A stretch of DNA of 64,000 nucleotides. It comes from Pecten maximus. Taxonomy: Eukaryota. The first letter of the stretch is position 1; each line of letters starts with the position of its first letter. Of the stretch, positions 51,643 to 64,000 are shown piece by piece. The notes beneath the pieces are model-generated. The model was given only the letters and a program-made list of their open reading frames with translations. It was not told the DNA's origin and searched no databases. A program made the position numbers and the translations under genes. The stretch lies in contig NC_047015.1 of NCBI RefSeq assembly GCF_902652985.1, forward strand, positions 32,488,001-32,552,000, in the 5' to 3' direction.

Positions 51643-52640
51643 TTTACCAAAACCACAGGAGTAGTCAAGAAATACAAAAAGTATATATTTTTCACAACTG
51701 GCACCTTGCGTGCTGGGTTGTAAATAGCGTCTTAATTCAACCATCATCAGAACCCATCCTTATATCACGTGTTTGGAGAGGGAGTATTGATCGGGTAATG
51801 AAATAATAATCTCCTTGGGTGAAAAATCCACCAATATTTACCGTAAAAGTTAGTTTATTGAACAAGTAATTAGATACCATGTAAAAGTGTCTGACCAATA
51901 TTCTAATGACGTATGTACACTTAACGTCCCCAGAACAGTAATGATCGGCAATAATGGACAATATACATGATAAGTATATATCGGTATGAAATACATAGGG
52001 GACAACAATCAGACATCAAACACCATATGATAATAATAGAGAAACGTAATAGCCAATTACTGGTAAATCACCTAACGCTTTGCTATCACATTAAAGTGGC
52101 TATTTACATAGTGTCTTTTGTGTTTCTTTGGTAAATAATAACACATTAAAGCCTATGTCCAGCGTCCTTATTGTCTACTTTCATCATCTAATGACCATGT
52201 CAATTATCTCTAGTTTCTATGTACATTGTTCATTACAAATCCTTTGTATGCTAAGTACTTGGAAGTCAGTGCCAGAACATGTACTTAAACAAGGCAATAT
52301 GAAAACGAAAGCAGTACTGTTTAGTTATTCTGTTGCCAAAATATGAAAGTTAACGAGATCATGTGGTAAACTAAAAGAGACGGTTTACAACTAAGCAGTA
52401 TGATAAATGTGCTTACTTCAATTTCAAAAGAGGGTGTTGTTGATGAAGCAGAAGACCATTACCCAGTGCTTCTTATGTTGTCTCCATGCAAATATATTTC
52501 ATGTTCATATTTTTTCATCGCTTTATTGAATTCGATGTAGAATTGCGGGTTTTTATTCATATTACTGGGCATAATATCGTCAGAAAAAAATTCAACGAAA
52601 CGTCAATAGGAATGAAGATGGACATGAAATAAATAAAAGT

Positions 52641-53043
52641 AACCCGTATCACTACCAGATATCTCACATCACTACCAAATAACCCATATCACTACCAAAT
52701 AACTCACATCACTACTAAATAACCCGTATCACTACCAAATAACTCACATCACTACCAAATAACTCGCATCACTAACAAATAAATCACATCACTACCAAAT
52801 AACCCACATACCTATCAAATAACCCACATCCCTATCAACTAACCCACATCACTTACAAATAACCCACAGCACTACCAGAATTACGCACATCACTACCAAA
52901 TAACCAACATCACTACCAAATAACTCACATCACTACCAAATAACCCATATCCCTATCAAATAACCCACATCCCTATCAAATAGCCAACATCAATACCAGA
53001 ATTACGTACATCCCTACCATTTAACCCACATCACTACCAAATA
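52641..53043. repeat. 20-bp minisatellite, about 20 copies, between divergent nAChR-like genes
   Basis: Unit AACCCACATCACTACCAAAT. Confidence 0.93.
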
Positions 53044-54599
53044 AGTGGCTTCAGTGTCACAATTTCCGCGATAGATGTCGGCTGCTGGCAGACAAAAGTT
53101 TAGCATATGTTTCGTATTCTGCAGGATGAGAGATATGTGTTTTACTTAAAACTGTAGTATTGTTAAAACGATGATCAATACAGATCAGAACCTTTACCCT
53201 CTATTCATCCCATGTAAAATCATGCCTGGTATAAGACATTTTACCTTCTGACTGGGTTGGACGTGTCCCCTTGGTCTCTTTAGGAGCGATGTTATGCTTG
53301 ATGCAGATTTCCCGGCCTTGTTGGCATGTCCTTGTAAGTAAGAAAGTCCAAATATATAGAGAATACATGGTTAATGTCTCAAGATATAAGCTTCATGTAT
53401 TTTTGGCAAGAAGTAGAAAAGACAAAAGTGGTGAGCATTGGTGAGCCACTTTTTCCTTTCTATCCAGAGCCAAACGTTCACACTGAGTACACACTGAACC
53501 AGAAAGAGAACATTGGGTTTCCACATCTACTTATAAAAGATAATATGGTAAGGCGAAAACATGGTTCTTTTAACGATTATGACTTAGCAGTGTACCCTAT
53601 AGCTTCAAATAGGTTATAACGTGATAATGCTTCAAGGGCAAATATATCTAACATGATCACATGACGAAATAACTAAGAGATATGAAGTATAATAGGAATT
53701 CCAACAGGTAGATATGATATCGAATATTTGTTTTCTATTTGGTTCTACTGTATCTAACTCTCAATCAAAATTCGATTAGAATATTTCTTGGTTGCATTGC
53801 ATGAAAGAAAACACGAATTGAATGAAACTAAATGAATGCATGTGTGATATTTCTTTTCCAGAAATGTAGTAACAAGGAAATGGGCTTGAACATAGATTGT
53901 TAATCAGGCTACGGTAACGTACAATTGTTCGTTCGAATGTTTTTATTGTTTACATTCACAAATTACTAGAATTGGTATTGATGCCTGCAATTCTACTTGT
54001 TTCTGCATGCTTTTCGATAATTTCTAACTCTTTCATATTTGTGGAATGCCTGGAGAAATGTTGATTTATATCAATTGTACGAACAACCTGAAACAAAAGA
54101 AAATTGTACCATTCTTTCTAACATAATTTCAATAATTTTAACAGCTATCATTCCCTTTTCTTTAAATCATATTTCATCAACTACAAAGAAACTCAATTAT
54201 GAGTCATTGAGGCGTTTAGGGTGGAAAACAAGAACGCTCGATGTCGTTATATAAGACTTAATGCATTATCATATAGCAAAAGTATAAAGTTAATGTCCAA
54301 ATAGACCAAGGTTTTGAACCCCACTTTGTTTCTCCATTGTCATTATATCGACTATGAGTTCCAATTGTTGTCATCTGTGTACATTTCATACATTTATACT
54401 GAAACACTTATCATATATTGGGTAAATATTGGTGAAATTTCCACTTGTTTTATTTGCCAATAATTGATCTTATTACAAACATATGATAGAAAGGATAGAT
54501 TCGGGTAGCAAGGATTATTCTTTTTATAACCACTCTTAAGGTGAAAGGGATATCCAACTACTTTAGTGTAGGAGTCGACCACACCTGTATTGGCAGAGG

Positions 54600-55947
54600 A
54601 TGGATTTGTTCGTATTTATCGTGTTTACCATAGTTCTAATCAGTAACGTTGTAGAGGCGACTACAATGAAGAACAGTAAATTATTATTACAAGATTTGTT
54701 TCAAAATTATTCCAAAGACATCCGACCAGTAGAAGACCAGTCAAAACCCGTAACTGTAAACATCGACCTCGATATTGTCTCCATCAACGACTTTGACGAA
54801 GTAGCAGGATCGATATCGGTGGTTGCCATCTTGTATATTTCCTGGAATGATGAAAGTTTGGTTTGGAATTCCACCTCGTACGGGAAAACGAAGTCATTAA
54901 CGTTGCCACAGAGCATAGTATGGGTCCCAGAAATGTTTTTGTGCAATCCAGCGGATGCTTTTCGGCCAATTACTGGCGAAAATTTCAATGTACTGTTAAT
55001 GGCAAATGGTGATGTTACATGGACACCCGGTACTTTGTTGACGGCGACATGTACACCAGATGTATACAGATATCCATTCGATCAACAAACATGTACACTA
55101 CAACTAAGCCCGTGGGGATACTCCAACCAGCAGGTGAAGCTCAAGATACCTTCTTCTACTATTCTGTTCACTTATTTTCATATGAATAGTGAATGGGATG
55201 TGAAAGCGTCACGAACATTTCTTTGGTCGAGATCATTTGACGTAGGGCAATATCATATTGTTATCAAGAGACGTCATATGAATTTTCTGGTGAGTGTTGT
55301 CATACCTGTCATCATGTTGGCTTTTGTGAACCTGTTCGTTTTTATCCTGCCATTTAACTCGGGAGAAAGGGCTTCGTATAGTATCACAGTGTTACTGGCC
55401 TTTACTGTGTATATGACGGTGGTGAGTGACAGGATGCCTGCTTCATCACAACCAATGTCTTACATTTCCTTTTATCTACTTTCATTGGTTGGCATTAGCG
55501 TCGTTATAGTAACGGTGAATATATTTCAAATAAGAACATACAGTAGACACGATGAGGATGAACCAGTTCCTGAATGGATAAAGAAAGTGTACTTCTACAC
55601 TCAAAACGTGTTTAGACGCAAAAAAGTAAACAATAATGAACAACTACAAAGATTTGCTGGAACCGACAGTAGCAACTACGTAGACAACGTGGGAACGCAA
55701 GTAAAGGCTCTGGATTCTTCAAAAGGAGCAAATGAGTTATTTTACACTGGTAACTTACATGAGTCGCAAGTGAAAGAGGAACCTACTTCTATCACTTACA
55801 GCATACCAATGATCCCTCCCAGAGAACCTAGAAATAGTCACGTGGCACATGGCGGCGAAGATCGTTGATAAGTTTTACTTCTCTCTGTTTCTATTCCTCA
55901 TCATCATTACCACCGTTTCATATTTTATCAATGTTAGTGTCAATTGA
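54600..55947 (+). CDS. Intronless nAChR-like subunit, copy 2 (1-bp frameshift before M4 as assembled)
   Basis: ORF 54600-55868 is paralogous to copy 1. After one extra base at ~55830 the shifted frame gives EIVTWHMAAKIVDKFYFSLFLFLIIITTVSYFINVSVN-TGA (55945-47), matching M4 of copy 1. Confidence 0.88.
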
Positions 55948-56636
55948 ATCGGCCATCACGGTCAAAATGACTAATCTAACATTCAGGTGAGTTCGCGTTA
56001 GAGAGAACACGTATAGCCTCCTTGTGGATCATGAGTATCATCAGTTCATCCAGTAGAAAACGGACAGAAACTTTAGAATGCGAACACATTTACTAGAAAT
56101 ATTTGTAGCTAAACATTCTTTTTCACACCAAATGACTTGGTATTTCGTTTCCATCTTAGTATATGGTGACTTTTAAAGCGATAACCGATGTGACGGTGGT
56201 TATTCTGATTATTTGTGCATAATGTGTTGAATGTTTGTTCCAGTAGAATTCCATGAATATCAATGAAATTAATGAGTTTTACTTTTATATAATTTGATAT
56301 ACATTGTACTAATAAATGACGATTCCGTTAGAATCAGATACTCAAGTATTACATGTGTCTTTTATAACTGTTTTTGTCAAGGAAAAATGACATCTGAAAG
56401 TTATGATGTCGCAGAGGTTATTTTTTCACCAGTTAAAGGTACGACCGAAAGCATAGCTTCCTTAATATCAGGGTGTTGATGTATAATTATCATAAATTAA
56501 TTAAAACAGTCTCCATATGACCCTGGCTGCTAATAGGACGTTAAATAAAATAAACCAAACCAAATCATGATATCAGTTAAGGAAACGTCATTGATTTAGA
56601 CAAATGAGGAAAGTATCACGGAATTTTAAGGCTATA

Positions 56637-57404
56637 CCGTATAGAGGGAAATTTTAGCGGTCATAAAATTTGGCGATTTGGTCATGAAAACTGAAAGTTA
56701 AATTTTGGCGAATTAAAATTTAGCGATTTCCCTTAAATCTAGGGTTTTAATTTGACGTTGAGCATATATATTACCTACTGATATATAGAGATACAATCTA
56801 ATTATGTTATGTCCATACATTCAATTCATGTTGATTAAGTGTGTTGTGTATTATCGATCCTCTGTCTCGAAACCGGAAACTATTACCAAATAAATTCAGA
56901 CGAAAACATACATATGAGTATATGTACAAGCAACAGACAAAGGGAATGTAATCAACCGTAAGATATTGCCATGGTCATCTATTGTATGATGTGTATATGT
57001 ATACAGGTAAGTTAAACAATGAGACTACAGGTAAAGTGTTAACATCCGTTCATTGAATGGTATGGGTAGATGGCTTTGTTTTCACAAAAAAATTATTATG
57101 ATGCGATATATGTCATACTTGTATTGCTATACATATATCGTGAGTAGTTGTTCACTAACTATTCGTATTACATGTACCTATCGGCATTTTGGCTGACAAT
57201 TGCCAGGCAACAACCAACGTTACGCACAAGTCGTTACTCTCTTGAGTTATCAAAGGTAAATGGCGGTCGGAAAGGAAACTATTTGGGAAATTGAAATTTT
57301 CGCGTCTTTTTATTTGGCGGTGTTAAAATTTGACGGGTTAAATTTTGGCGATCTTTATACGGACCCGCCAAATTAAAGCCCCGCTAAAAGTTCCCGCTAT
57401 ACGG
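56637..57404. mobile_element. Tc1/mariner-type MITE
   Basis: 24-bp TIR CCGTATAG(A/C)GGGAA(A/C)TTTTAGCGG with TA on both flanks and subterminal AAATTT(T)GGCGA repeats. Confidence 0.85.
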
Positions 57405-57409
57405 TATCA

Positions 57410-58230
57410 CATCGTTCTGGGCAGGCAACACAGACTTGGTGAGTATTAACTGCATGGTACTTCCGGAAGTTCCGGGTGCCTCGTGTGACCTGCTTGTCAG
57501 ACGCGTGATGGACATGTGAGAGCTGTCAGACAGGTCTGTATTAGATCCGGACAACATACGGCACTGCTGGCTACCTGCATGCCAGCTGCATGATACCTAC
57601 GTCGAAGTTGCCAGCGGGTCGTACAATCCAAATCGTCTGCGTCTCTCCGGCTTCAACCACCCCGGGTATACCAAGACCTGGACCCCCTTCTCTCCGTCTT
57701 TTGATGCGATGCAGCTGCAAGCTCGCTTGTACCGGCATGATTTCAAATTGTGCATGCATGATGCCCAATTGATCCTTTATGTGTGCCCTGCTACCCACTC
57801 AGTATAGATGCCTTCTATATACTAGACCAAAATGACAATTGAAGGGATTCCTCTGATGGGGAGACTATTTATGTGAAAGAGCTCCTCGCAGAACGCCAGT
57901 AACTTGGTCGCATCCAGTCCTCAGATTACCAGCAGGAAGGAAGCTATTCGCCCTCGACATGTCCTCACTTTCCTTCGTATACCTCGCTCCATGCCCGCAA
58001 AGATATGCCACACTCAGTACCAACGCCGTTCCTCACCATCAAAACGCATGCTTCATACCACAGGCGCTTGCACAGAAAAAGTGATAATTTCAACTCCGTC
58101 ACAAGCGAAACGGCACCCCTACTCCTTCCAATCGACTTAAAAACACACTATATACGACCGTCATCAAGAAACATTCATCTTAAACCCACCTTGTCGTTCA
58201 ATACTAATTGTTACATCTAAAATACGATAA
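57410..58230 (-). mobile_element. Degenerate PIF/Harbinger-like transposon fragment
   Basis: GC/CpG-rich block. The minus strand at ~57610-57710 reads HRIKRRRE..RSWYTR/WLKPERRRRFGLYDPL across frameshifts, resembling Harbinger transposase N-termini. Boundaries are uncertain. Confidence 0.4.
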
Positions 58231-58302
58231 TCCGTGAAAACATCGCCGAATTTGTCCTTCAGTACACCATGTTTCAAACTGCTCCCTCAGCCCACATACG
58301 TC

Positions 58303-58742
58303 TGCTTCTGATTAGTTTTGATAGAAAAAAATATTAGCCCCTACTCCTACTATATCAACAAGGTGTAACACTCGAGGATCTACGATACATCGACTGTGGA
58401 ACGAAAGTAAACTTGATTGGTCGACAATTATAGTTAGTATTGTTTATAAAGCTTTCGACCAATCAGATTGCCTCCCTGCATACCGCATTAAAAAATACAG
58501 ACTACTTCCATTCCACAGTCGATGCATCGTCGGCTTTCCCGATCGCTTTTGATCCATCTTCTCATCTTTAAATCATTGTCACAAGACACAAGAATAACGT
58601 GCATTGATATTAAGGATTCTAATCCAAGGTACATTACTGAAATTATGTGCATTTGATATTTTAGACGAATTGAAGCTCAACCTTTAATTGTTGATATAGT
58701 AGGAGTAGGGGCTATTTTATCTATTAATACTAACCAGAAGCA
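58303..58742. mobile_element. Fold-back MITE with nested inverted repeats
   Basis: Outer inverted repeat of ~55 bp containing TAGCCCCTACTCCTACTATATCAACAA. Inner pairs CATCGACTGTGGAA / TTCCACAGTCGATG and TGATTGGTCGA / TCGACCAATCA. No clear target-site duplication. Confidence 0.7.
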
Positions 58743-59212
58743 AAAACCTGTGTTCAGCCTCTGCAGATTCTTAATTTTACATTCAGGGTCGAAAGGTCAT
58801 GCGGTTATTTGATCGGCTGCCGCCATGTGCACTTTTTGGGGTCATCTCGGCATACTTTATTCTAGGTGCTAGGACGTCATTTGTGAGATAACGAATCAAT
58901 TAGAATGTTTTATGTCAGCAATAAGATCGTCCTTTCCTTTTCTTCAACTGCATAGTTTCGGTAGTTGTTAAAATTTCGTGTTGAAATCGACAGATTGCAT
59001 GTAACGATGCAGGACCTGGACGTTATAGATAATTTCTTCGCCATGAACAAACAGTATCGGTTGCACTTTTTCAATTTAAAAACTTGAACGGGGTAATAAC
59101 TGTGCATGGTTATGCCCGTCTTCAATAAAAAAAACATGTGCAACTGCTTGACTAGTTTAAAAGAATTTGAAGTTTATTTTTCGAAGGCTTCTTGAAAATA
59201 GCCTGAAGTTTG

Positions 59213-59245
<33 letters not shown>

Positions 59246-59439
59246 GTTCTGGCGTTAGCTCTTAATGCTTCAAAATTCTTCAACAACCTGTATAATTATA
59301 ATATACGATATACAGTAGCGTGGAATCACATAGATAATCAGTATAACGAAGAAATACTTTACAATGCGTTAAACGCCTTGCCATTGTTCACACAAAGATT
59401 TTACCAGTCGAAATCAAGTAAGCAAAGAATACCCTTTCA

Positions 59440-59640
59440 AACATTTGAATAAGAAATTGTTTACAATAAAATGATACTCATCCTCAATATTTCTATTATC
59501 ACACAGTGACAAGTCTACATGCGAGTCCCGAGCCCTGTTTATACTCAAAAAATGTCTGGAAATATTAAATTTAACATTGTGGGACTCATTGTATTTAACA
59601 ACACAGCTGAAAAGAATGAAAAGTTGATGGTTAAACATGA
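59440..59640 (-). mobile_element. Non-LTR retrotransposon C-terminal remnant
   Basis: KFNISRHFLSINRAR...LCDNRNIEDEYHF resembles the C-terminal Cys/His motif of LINE ORF2 (RTE-X-like). Confidence 0.5.
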
Positions 59641-60479
59641 ACAAAATGGAAATAATTTAAATGTCTGTCCTCCTCCGCTCTAATGACTGTTTAATAAATA
59701 AACAGGTCTGAAGTATGATCTTCCTATTTGACGACAACATTTGTAAAAATATGTTAAAATGAATAAACAGGTCTGAAGAAAGAAAGATATAGGTGGCATT
59801 ATTCGTGATGAACTTTTCTTACTTGTTGACCTGATTGCAGCAACCTTATAAGAGTTTGTCATAAAAAGAAGCATTTTGTTCTACCTTAAAAAAGAGTATG
59901 CAAATTCATTTCCTTTTTTTCAAGCATGAAAGGCCTTTACCTACTAATGTATGTGATTGCAGACTGGACATTCTTGACATAGCTTGCATTTCTTGTGTGC
60001 TGTCATATTCGGTGCATGAGACTCTCGCGTTTAAACTAATATATGATTATTAGTTTTATATCACCGTTCAGTAAACGAAACTCTTCAAACATATCGTAAG
60101 TGAGACGAAGCTCTCCAAATAGCCTAAGCGCTTTCGGGATATTATGCGAATTGTCAACAGACGTGAAAATGCATGCGGAGATGACCCAAAAAACTGCACT
60201 TGGCGACAGTCGATTATATAAACGCACAACCTTTCAATTCCGTATGTAAATAAAGAATCTGGACAGGCTGAAGGGAGCTGTTTTCAAAATGGTGTCTTGA
60301 AGGACGAATTCGGCGATGTTATCAAGGATTATTGTGTTTTGGATGGTACAATTCGTATTGAGTGACAAGGTAGGTTAAAGATGAATGTTTCTTGATCACG
60401 GTCGTTTATAGTATGCGCATTGTCAGTTTGAATAGCAAATAGAAGGGATATGCAATCAAATAATGTTGAACAGTTGAAA

Positions 60480-61030
60480 AACAGCTTTAAATACAGAGGT
60501 GATAATGAATTTGAAATCTGAAATTAAGAAAACAACACCTACTAGAGAAGAAATGGTTTCTAAATTCAAAGAAATGAAAGAGAGAGGAAACTACATTCTT
60601 CTTTTTGGAGTTCCGGAACAAATCCATCATGATGGAAAGAAACGTATGGGAAAAGATACCAAATTAATTGAAAAGTTATTAGAAGTATGCGGTGTATGAA
60701 ATGAAGAAGGACCAGGGGAAGCGATACGACCAGGAAAGAACAGAGTTCAGGGACACAGCCAATAGAAACAGGCCTATTCTTGTTCGCTTTGAAACGAAGA
60801 CACCAACAAAGAAATATTTTAAAGTATTAGAAGAATTTGAAGTCATCGTTAATTTTCCTCAATACGAATCAGAAACGATTTAACAAGATGACAGAGGTAG
60901 AGAGAAGTCATTACAGGAGTAAGCGAGGCAGAAAAAACACGACGAAACGGAGGACTATATATATATCGCGTCAGTGGACCGCCTTGGAGTAGAAAAATTA
61001 AGTGTCTTCCGAAAACGAGAAACACAGTAT
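60480..61030 (+). mobile_element. LINE ORF1-like remnant (CR1 group)
   Basis: Broken frames EMKERGNYILLFGVPE, RPILVRFET and YIYRVSGPPWSRKI. Confidence 0.5.
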
Positions 61031-61959
61031 AAAAAGAGAAGAAACGTTTTAATGTCATTTCTTACACTTAAATAGTTACATAGAAAGGTCCTCAGAGTAG
61101 AATCTAAACCGTGATATATTTAAAATATAATGCACATTATAATTTTAAACAATCTCCTGACAGTGTAATTCTAGGTATGGATACTAGTATAGAGGCATTG
61201 TGTTTCCCTGTATCCATCATTAACTAAAGTTGCGTCATATGCTTACGCGCATTAAAAACCCACAACTTCCCTTTTGCATTTTCACAAGTTCCTCGATCCA
61301 AGGTCTGATCTATCAGCACCGCTCCTTTACTCTGATTTGACCACGTGTATTCGCTGGAGCAACCGTAACGACATCGCAGAGTTCTTCAAGATCCATTTGT
61401 CGTGCGGCTAGCGTTCGCTGGTTGCAAGACAGTCGCAGGAGTACGGTTCCCACGGGCATAGTTCGTTGCATGTGAAATGTCGATTCCCAAAAAAACATCG
61501 CACGTACCCCCTGCAATTCGTACGTCAGATTTACGATACACCTGCAATCACTTCTCAACTATCCCCGAGTCTATGATCAGCCAAGGCACAGAATAAACGA
61601 TCAGCCTCTACGACTGTCGTCTACAATGATATAAGGCGAAAAACGCAGAGACACGTGATTAAAGAACCGATCCTGTTGTGACGGAGATTGTCTCGCTTAT
61701 TTAATCCTGTAATGTCCTTCTACAGAAAACTTTATGTTGATGACCATATCTGTTAGTGTGACATTGCACAATGTTTTCATTTTCAACAATGTTTAAAGAT
61801 CATTAAGCGTTCATACAAGTTATAAATATGCCAACATCTTTTCTAGTCCACGTAGTATAAACGAAGTTGAAAAAAAGATCTACCGCTCGTATGCGATCGC
61901 TGTCTGTTCCGTCGCTCTTGCATTCAGACAAATAAGAACTCGTATTTTAACCCGTGTTA

Positions 61960-62900
61960 TTCACTCATATATTGCCTTAAGATACACACAATGTACATGT
62001 TATTATAAATTTGAAAAAGGAAAACAGAATTTTGACGTGTTATTAAGCCGTCATTCCAACTCGATATAACGTAGGCAAAATATGATAGATTTAGACGAAG
62101 ACCTTTGGAAATGGCAGAATGAATTATGCATTCCGGAAGGCATGCGTCTTCTGCCTCACCGATGACATTCACATTGTAAATATAGGTCAAATTCTGATGA
62201 ATCTCAATATGAAAAGAGAATTGGTGATAAAGGAACCTTCAGGCATATAAAGTATCGAAAATGTCGCATTTCATTCATCGCACGGGGAAACATTTTTTTC
62301 CCAATAAATGATGTCTGTGCACTGAAAGTTTGTTTTCAGTCAGCAGTCGGCATACATCCTGAAAATCGTGTTTAAGAAAACCAGACCCATGATTTTCGAA
62401 TCAAAGCAAACATTGTGTTTTGGGAAATCGGGAATTTACCATATATATATACGTAAAGTTACGTTTATTATACAGTTAGTTGTAGTTTAGTTGCCAGCAA
62501 AGATCGAGGAGTGTTGCTGCAGTGGAATATATATCTCATGTCTTCACGCATTTTCAAGTTTTAAGACAATTAAAATAAAACGTCAATAATTCGAAAATCA
62601 TGTCAGTTACCTGATCAGATATATTCTTAGATGAATCAATTTACACTCCTCTGAAAACAAAAACCGAACTGGCAAACAAAGGGAGGGCAGAATTTGTCCC
62701 CACGGGTATGTCAATAGTCTGTTGAAAGATATCCACACCAAAGTCAACAGAGATATTGAACTTCAGTCGTTCAAACCATGTACAATGAAACCTGACTTTA
62801 CCTATCACAGACTTTAACTTTGTCACTTCGGACCATATCCACCAGAACGGTTATATGTTCTACTATTATTGCCAACACACTCTCATTTCCGACACTTTGA
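61960..62900 (-). mobile_element. Penelope-like retroelement RT remnants
   Basis: FNISVDFGVDIFQQTIDIPVGTNSALP (ORF 62641-62826) resembles the PLE RT motif DNIFV.FG..VFQQ.VGIPMGTNCAP. Further weak fragments lie at ~62130-62270. Confidence 0.55.
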
Positions 62901-63411
62901 CTTGGTCCCATACAGTCTCGTAAAGTCAGGCTTTACAGTATCCCAATTCACCTTTCTTGAAAATCGAATATACAGTATGTATATCTTTTGTATTTATGTT
63001 CATGTGAAAAGAAACGAAAAATGAGCAAGTATCCAAAAACACCAAACCATTATAAGATCGGGTTCTGTCATTAACTGTCAAATTGGTCTATCGACATGGA
63101 TTTCAGATATTCCAGTTTTTGCCTATCGTACCCATTAAATTGATTATCCTTCCAATTACGTGAAATTTTCATATCCAATATCATTACTAATAATACCTGA
63201 ACACGATCTCTATTCTCTAAATATTTGCTAATAAGACAAAAAGGAGATAAATATTTGCTGAATCACCACTTAGAGGAACATTTGCTTTGATCGATCGTGT
63301 TTCTCGCAGTTTCGTATCAAGAGACGTAGCCCGTGACTAAGTCCATCAGATGTACAAGAGGGAGGCATTGCAGCAAACCGGGGTGGTAAGACAGGTGTGC
63401 GTTGGTTAACG

Positions 63412-64000
63412 ATGTACCTTTCCCCGTTCTTACTTATAGTCCTTTGTGGCAATGCTGTCGACACGACTACAATGGGGAATACTACATTATTATTACAAGA
63501 TTTGTTTCAAAATTATTCCATAGACCTCCGACCGGTAGAGGACCAATCAAAAGCCGTTACTGTGAACATCAACATGGATGTCATCTCCATTAACGATTTT
63601 GACGAAGTAGCAGGAACAATATCGATAAATGTCATCTTGTATATTTCCTGGAATGACGAAAGTTTGGTATGGAATTCTAGTTCGTATGGAAGTACAACGT
63701 CGGTAACGTTCCATCAGAACAAAATATGGCTACCGGAAATGTTTTTATGTAACCCGGCAGATTCATTTCTTCCAATTAGTAATAAACATTTCAAAGTCTT
63801 GGTAACTTCAAACGGTGATGTGACATGGATACCCGGTGCTCTGCTGATGGCAACGTGTTCGCCAGATGTTTACAAATACCCATTCGACCAACAAACGTGT
63901 TCATTCCAACTGAGCCCGTGGGGATACTCGAATCAACAGGTGAAGCTCAAGATACCTTCTTCTACTCTTCTGTTTACTTATTTTAATATGAATAGTGAAT
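63412..64000 (+). CDS. Intronless nAChR-like subunit, copy 3, runs off window
   Basis: Open frame MYLSPFLLIVLCGNAVD...LLLQDLFQNYSIDLRPVEDQSK...WLPEMFLCN...CSPDVYKYPFDQQTC...SPWGY. Absent from the ORF track because there is no stop in the window. Confidence 0.92.
   Translation, partial: MYLSPFLLIVLCGNAVDTTTMGNTTLLLQDLFQNYSIDLRPVEDQSKAVTVNINMDVISINDFDEVAGTISINVILYISWNDESLVWNSSSYGSTTSVTFHQNKIWLPEMFLCNPADSFLPISNKHFKVLVTSNGDVTWIPGALLMATCSPDVYKYPFDQQTCSFQLSPWGYSNQQVKLKIPSSTLLFTYFNMNSE

Noticed and set aside
51643-51747. 35-residue N-terminal extension of nAChR-like copy 1 in the ORF track
   Set aside because: The paralogues start at the position equivalent to Met 51642, which begins a signal peptide. 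The extension has no counterpart in them.
51332-54988. Similar ORFs 51332-51541 (+) and 54707-54988 (-) as a novel gene pair
   Set aside because: They are antisense shadows of the paralogous nAChR-like coding sequences.
59210-59452. Poly-Gly ORF
   Set aside because: It arises from a 30-nt G homopolymer (59215-59244) with a non-ATG start and no other coding signal.

Overview
AT-rich animal genomic DNA with spliceosomal introns. It is probably from a bivalve mollusc; this is an inference from the intronless nAChR-like cluster and the repeat types. (1) 1-19692 (+) is the 3' two-thirds of a class I NF-kB gene (p105/p100/Relish type): Rel homology/IPT domain, NLS, glycine-rich region, long Q/P/T/M linker, ankyrin repeats, death domain and a C-terminal DSGLNS degron. 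One segment (~11340-12020) is frame-broken, and three tandem arrays are built from exon ends or splice donors. (2) Two intron-containing paralogues of the LigB/4,5-DOPA extradiol dioxygenase (DODA/YgiD) family lie on the minus strand: 25119-26304 (one extra base) and 43181-45187 (intact). Two large satellites separate them. This family is unusual in animals and is the most interesting signal in the window. (3) Three intronless Cys-loop nAChR-like genes lack canonical acetylcholine-binding residues: 50308-51642 (-), 54600-55947 (+, one extra base) and 63412->64000 (+). (4) The rest is MITEs, hairpin elements, SINE/LINE/Penelope/Harbinger remnants and minisatellites. Most short ORFs in the supplied track are spurious or are exon fragments read into introns. 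The isolated 1-bp indels may be assembly errors rather than biology.
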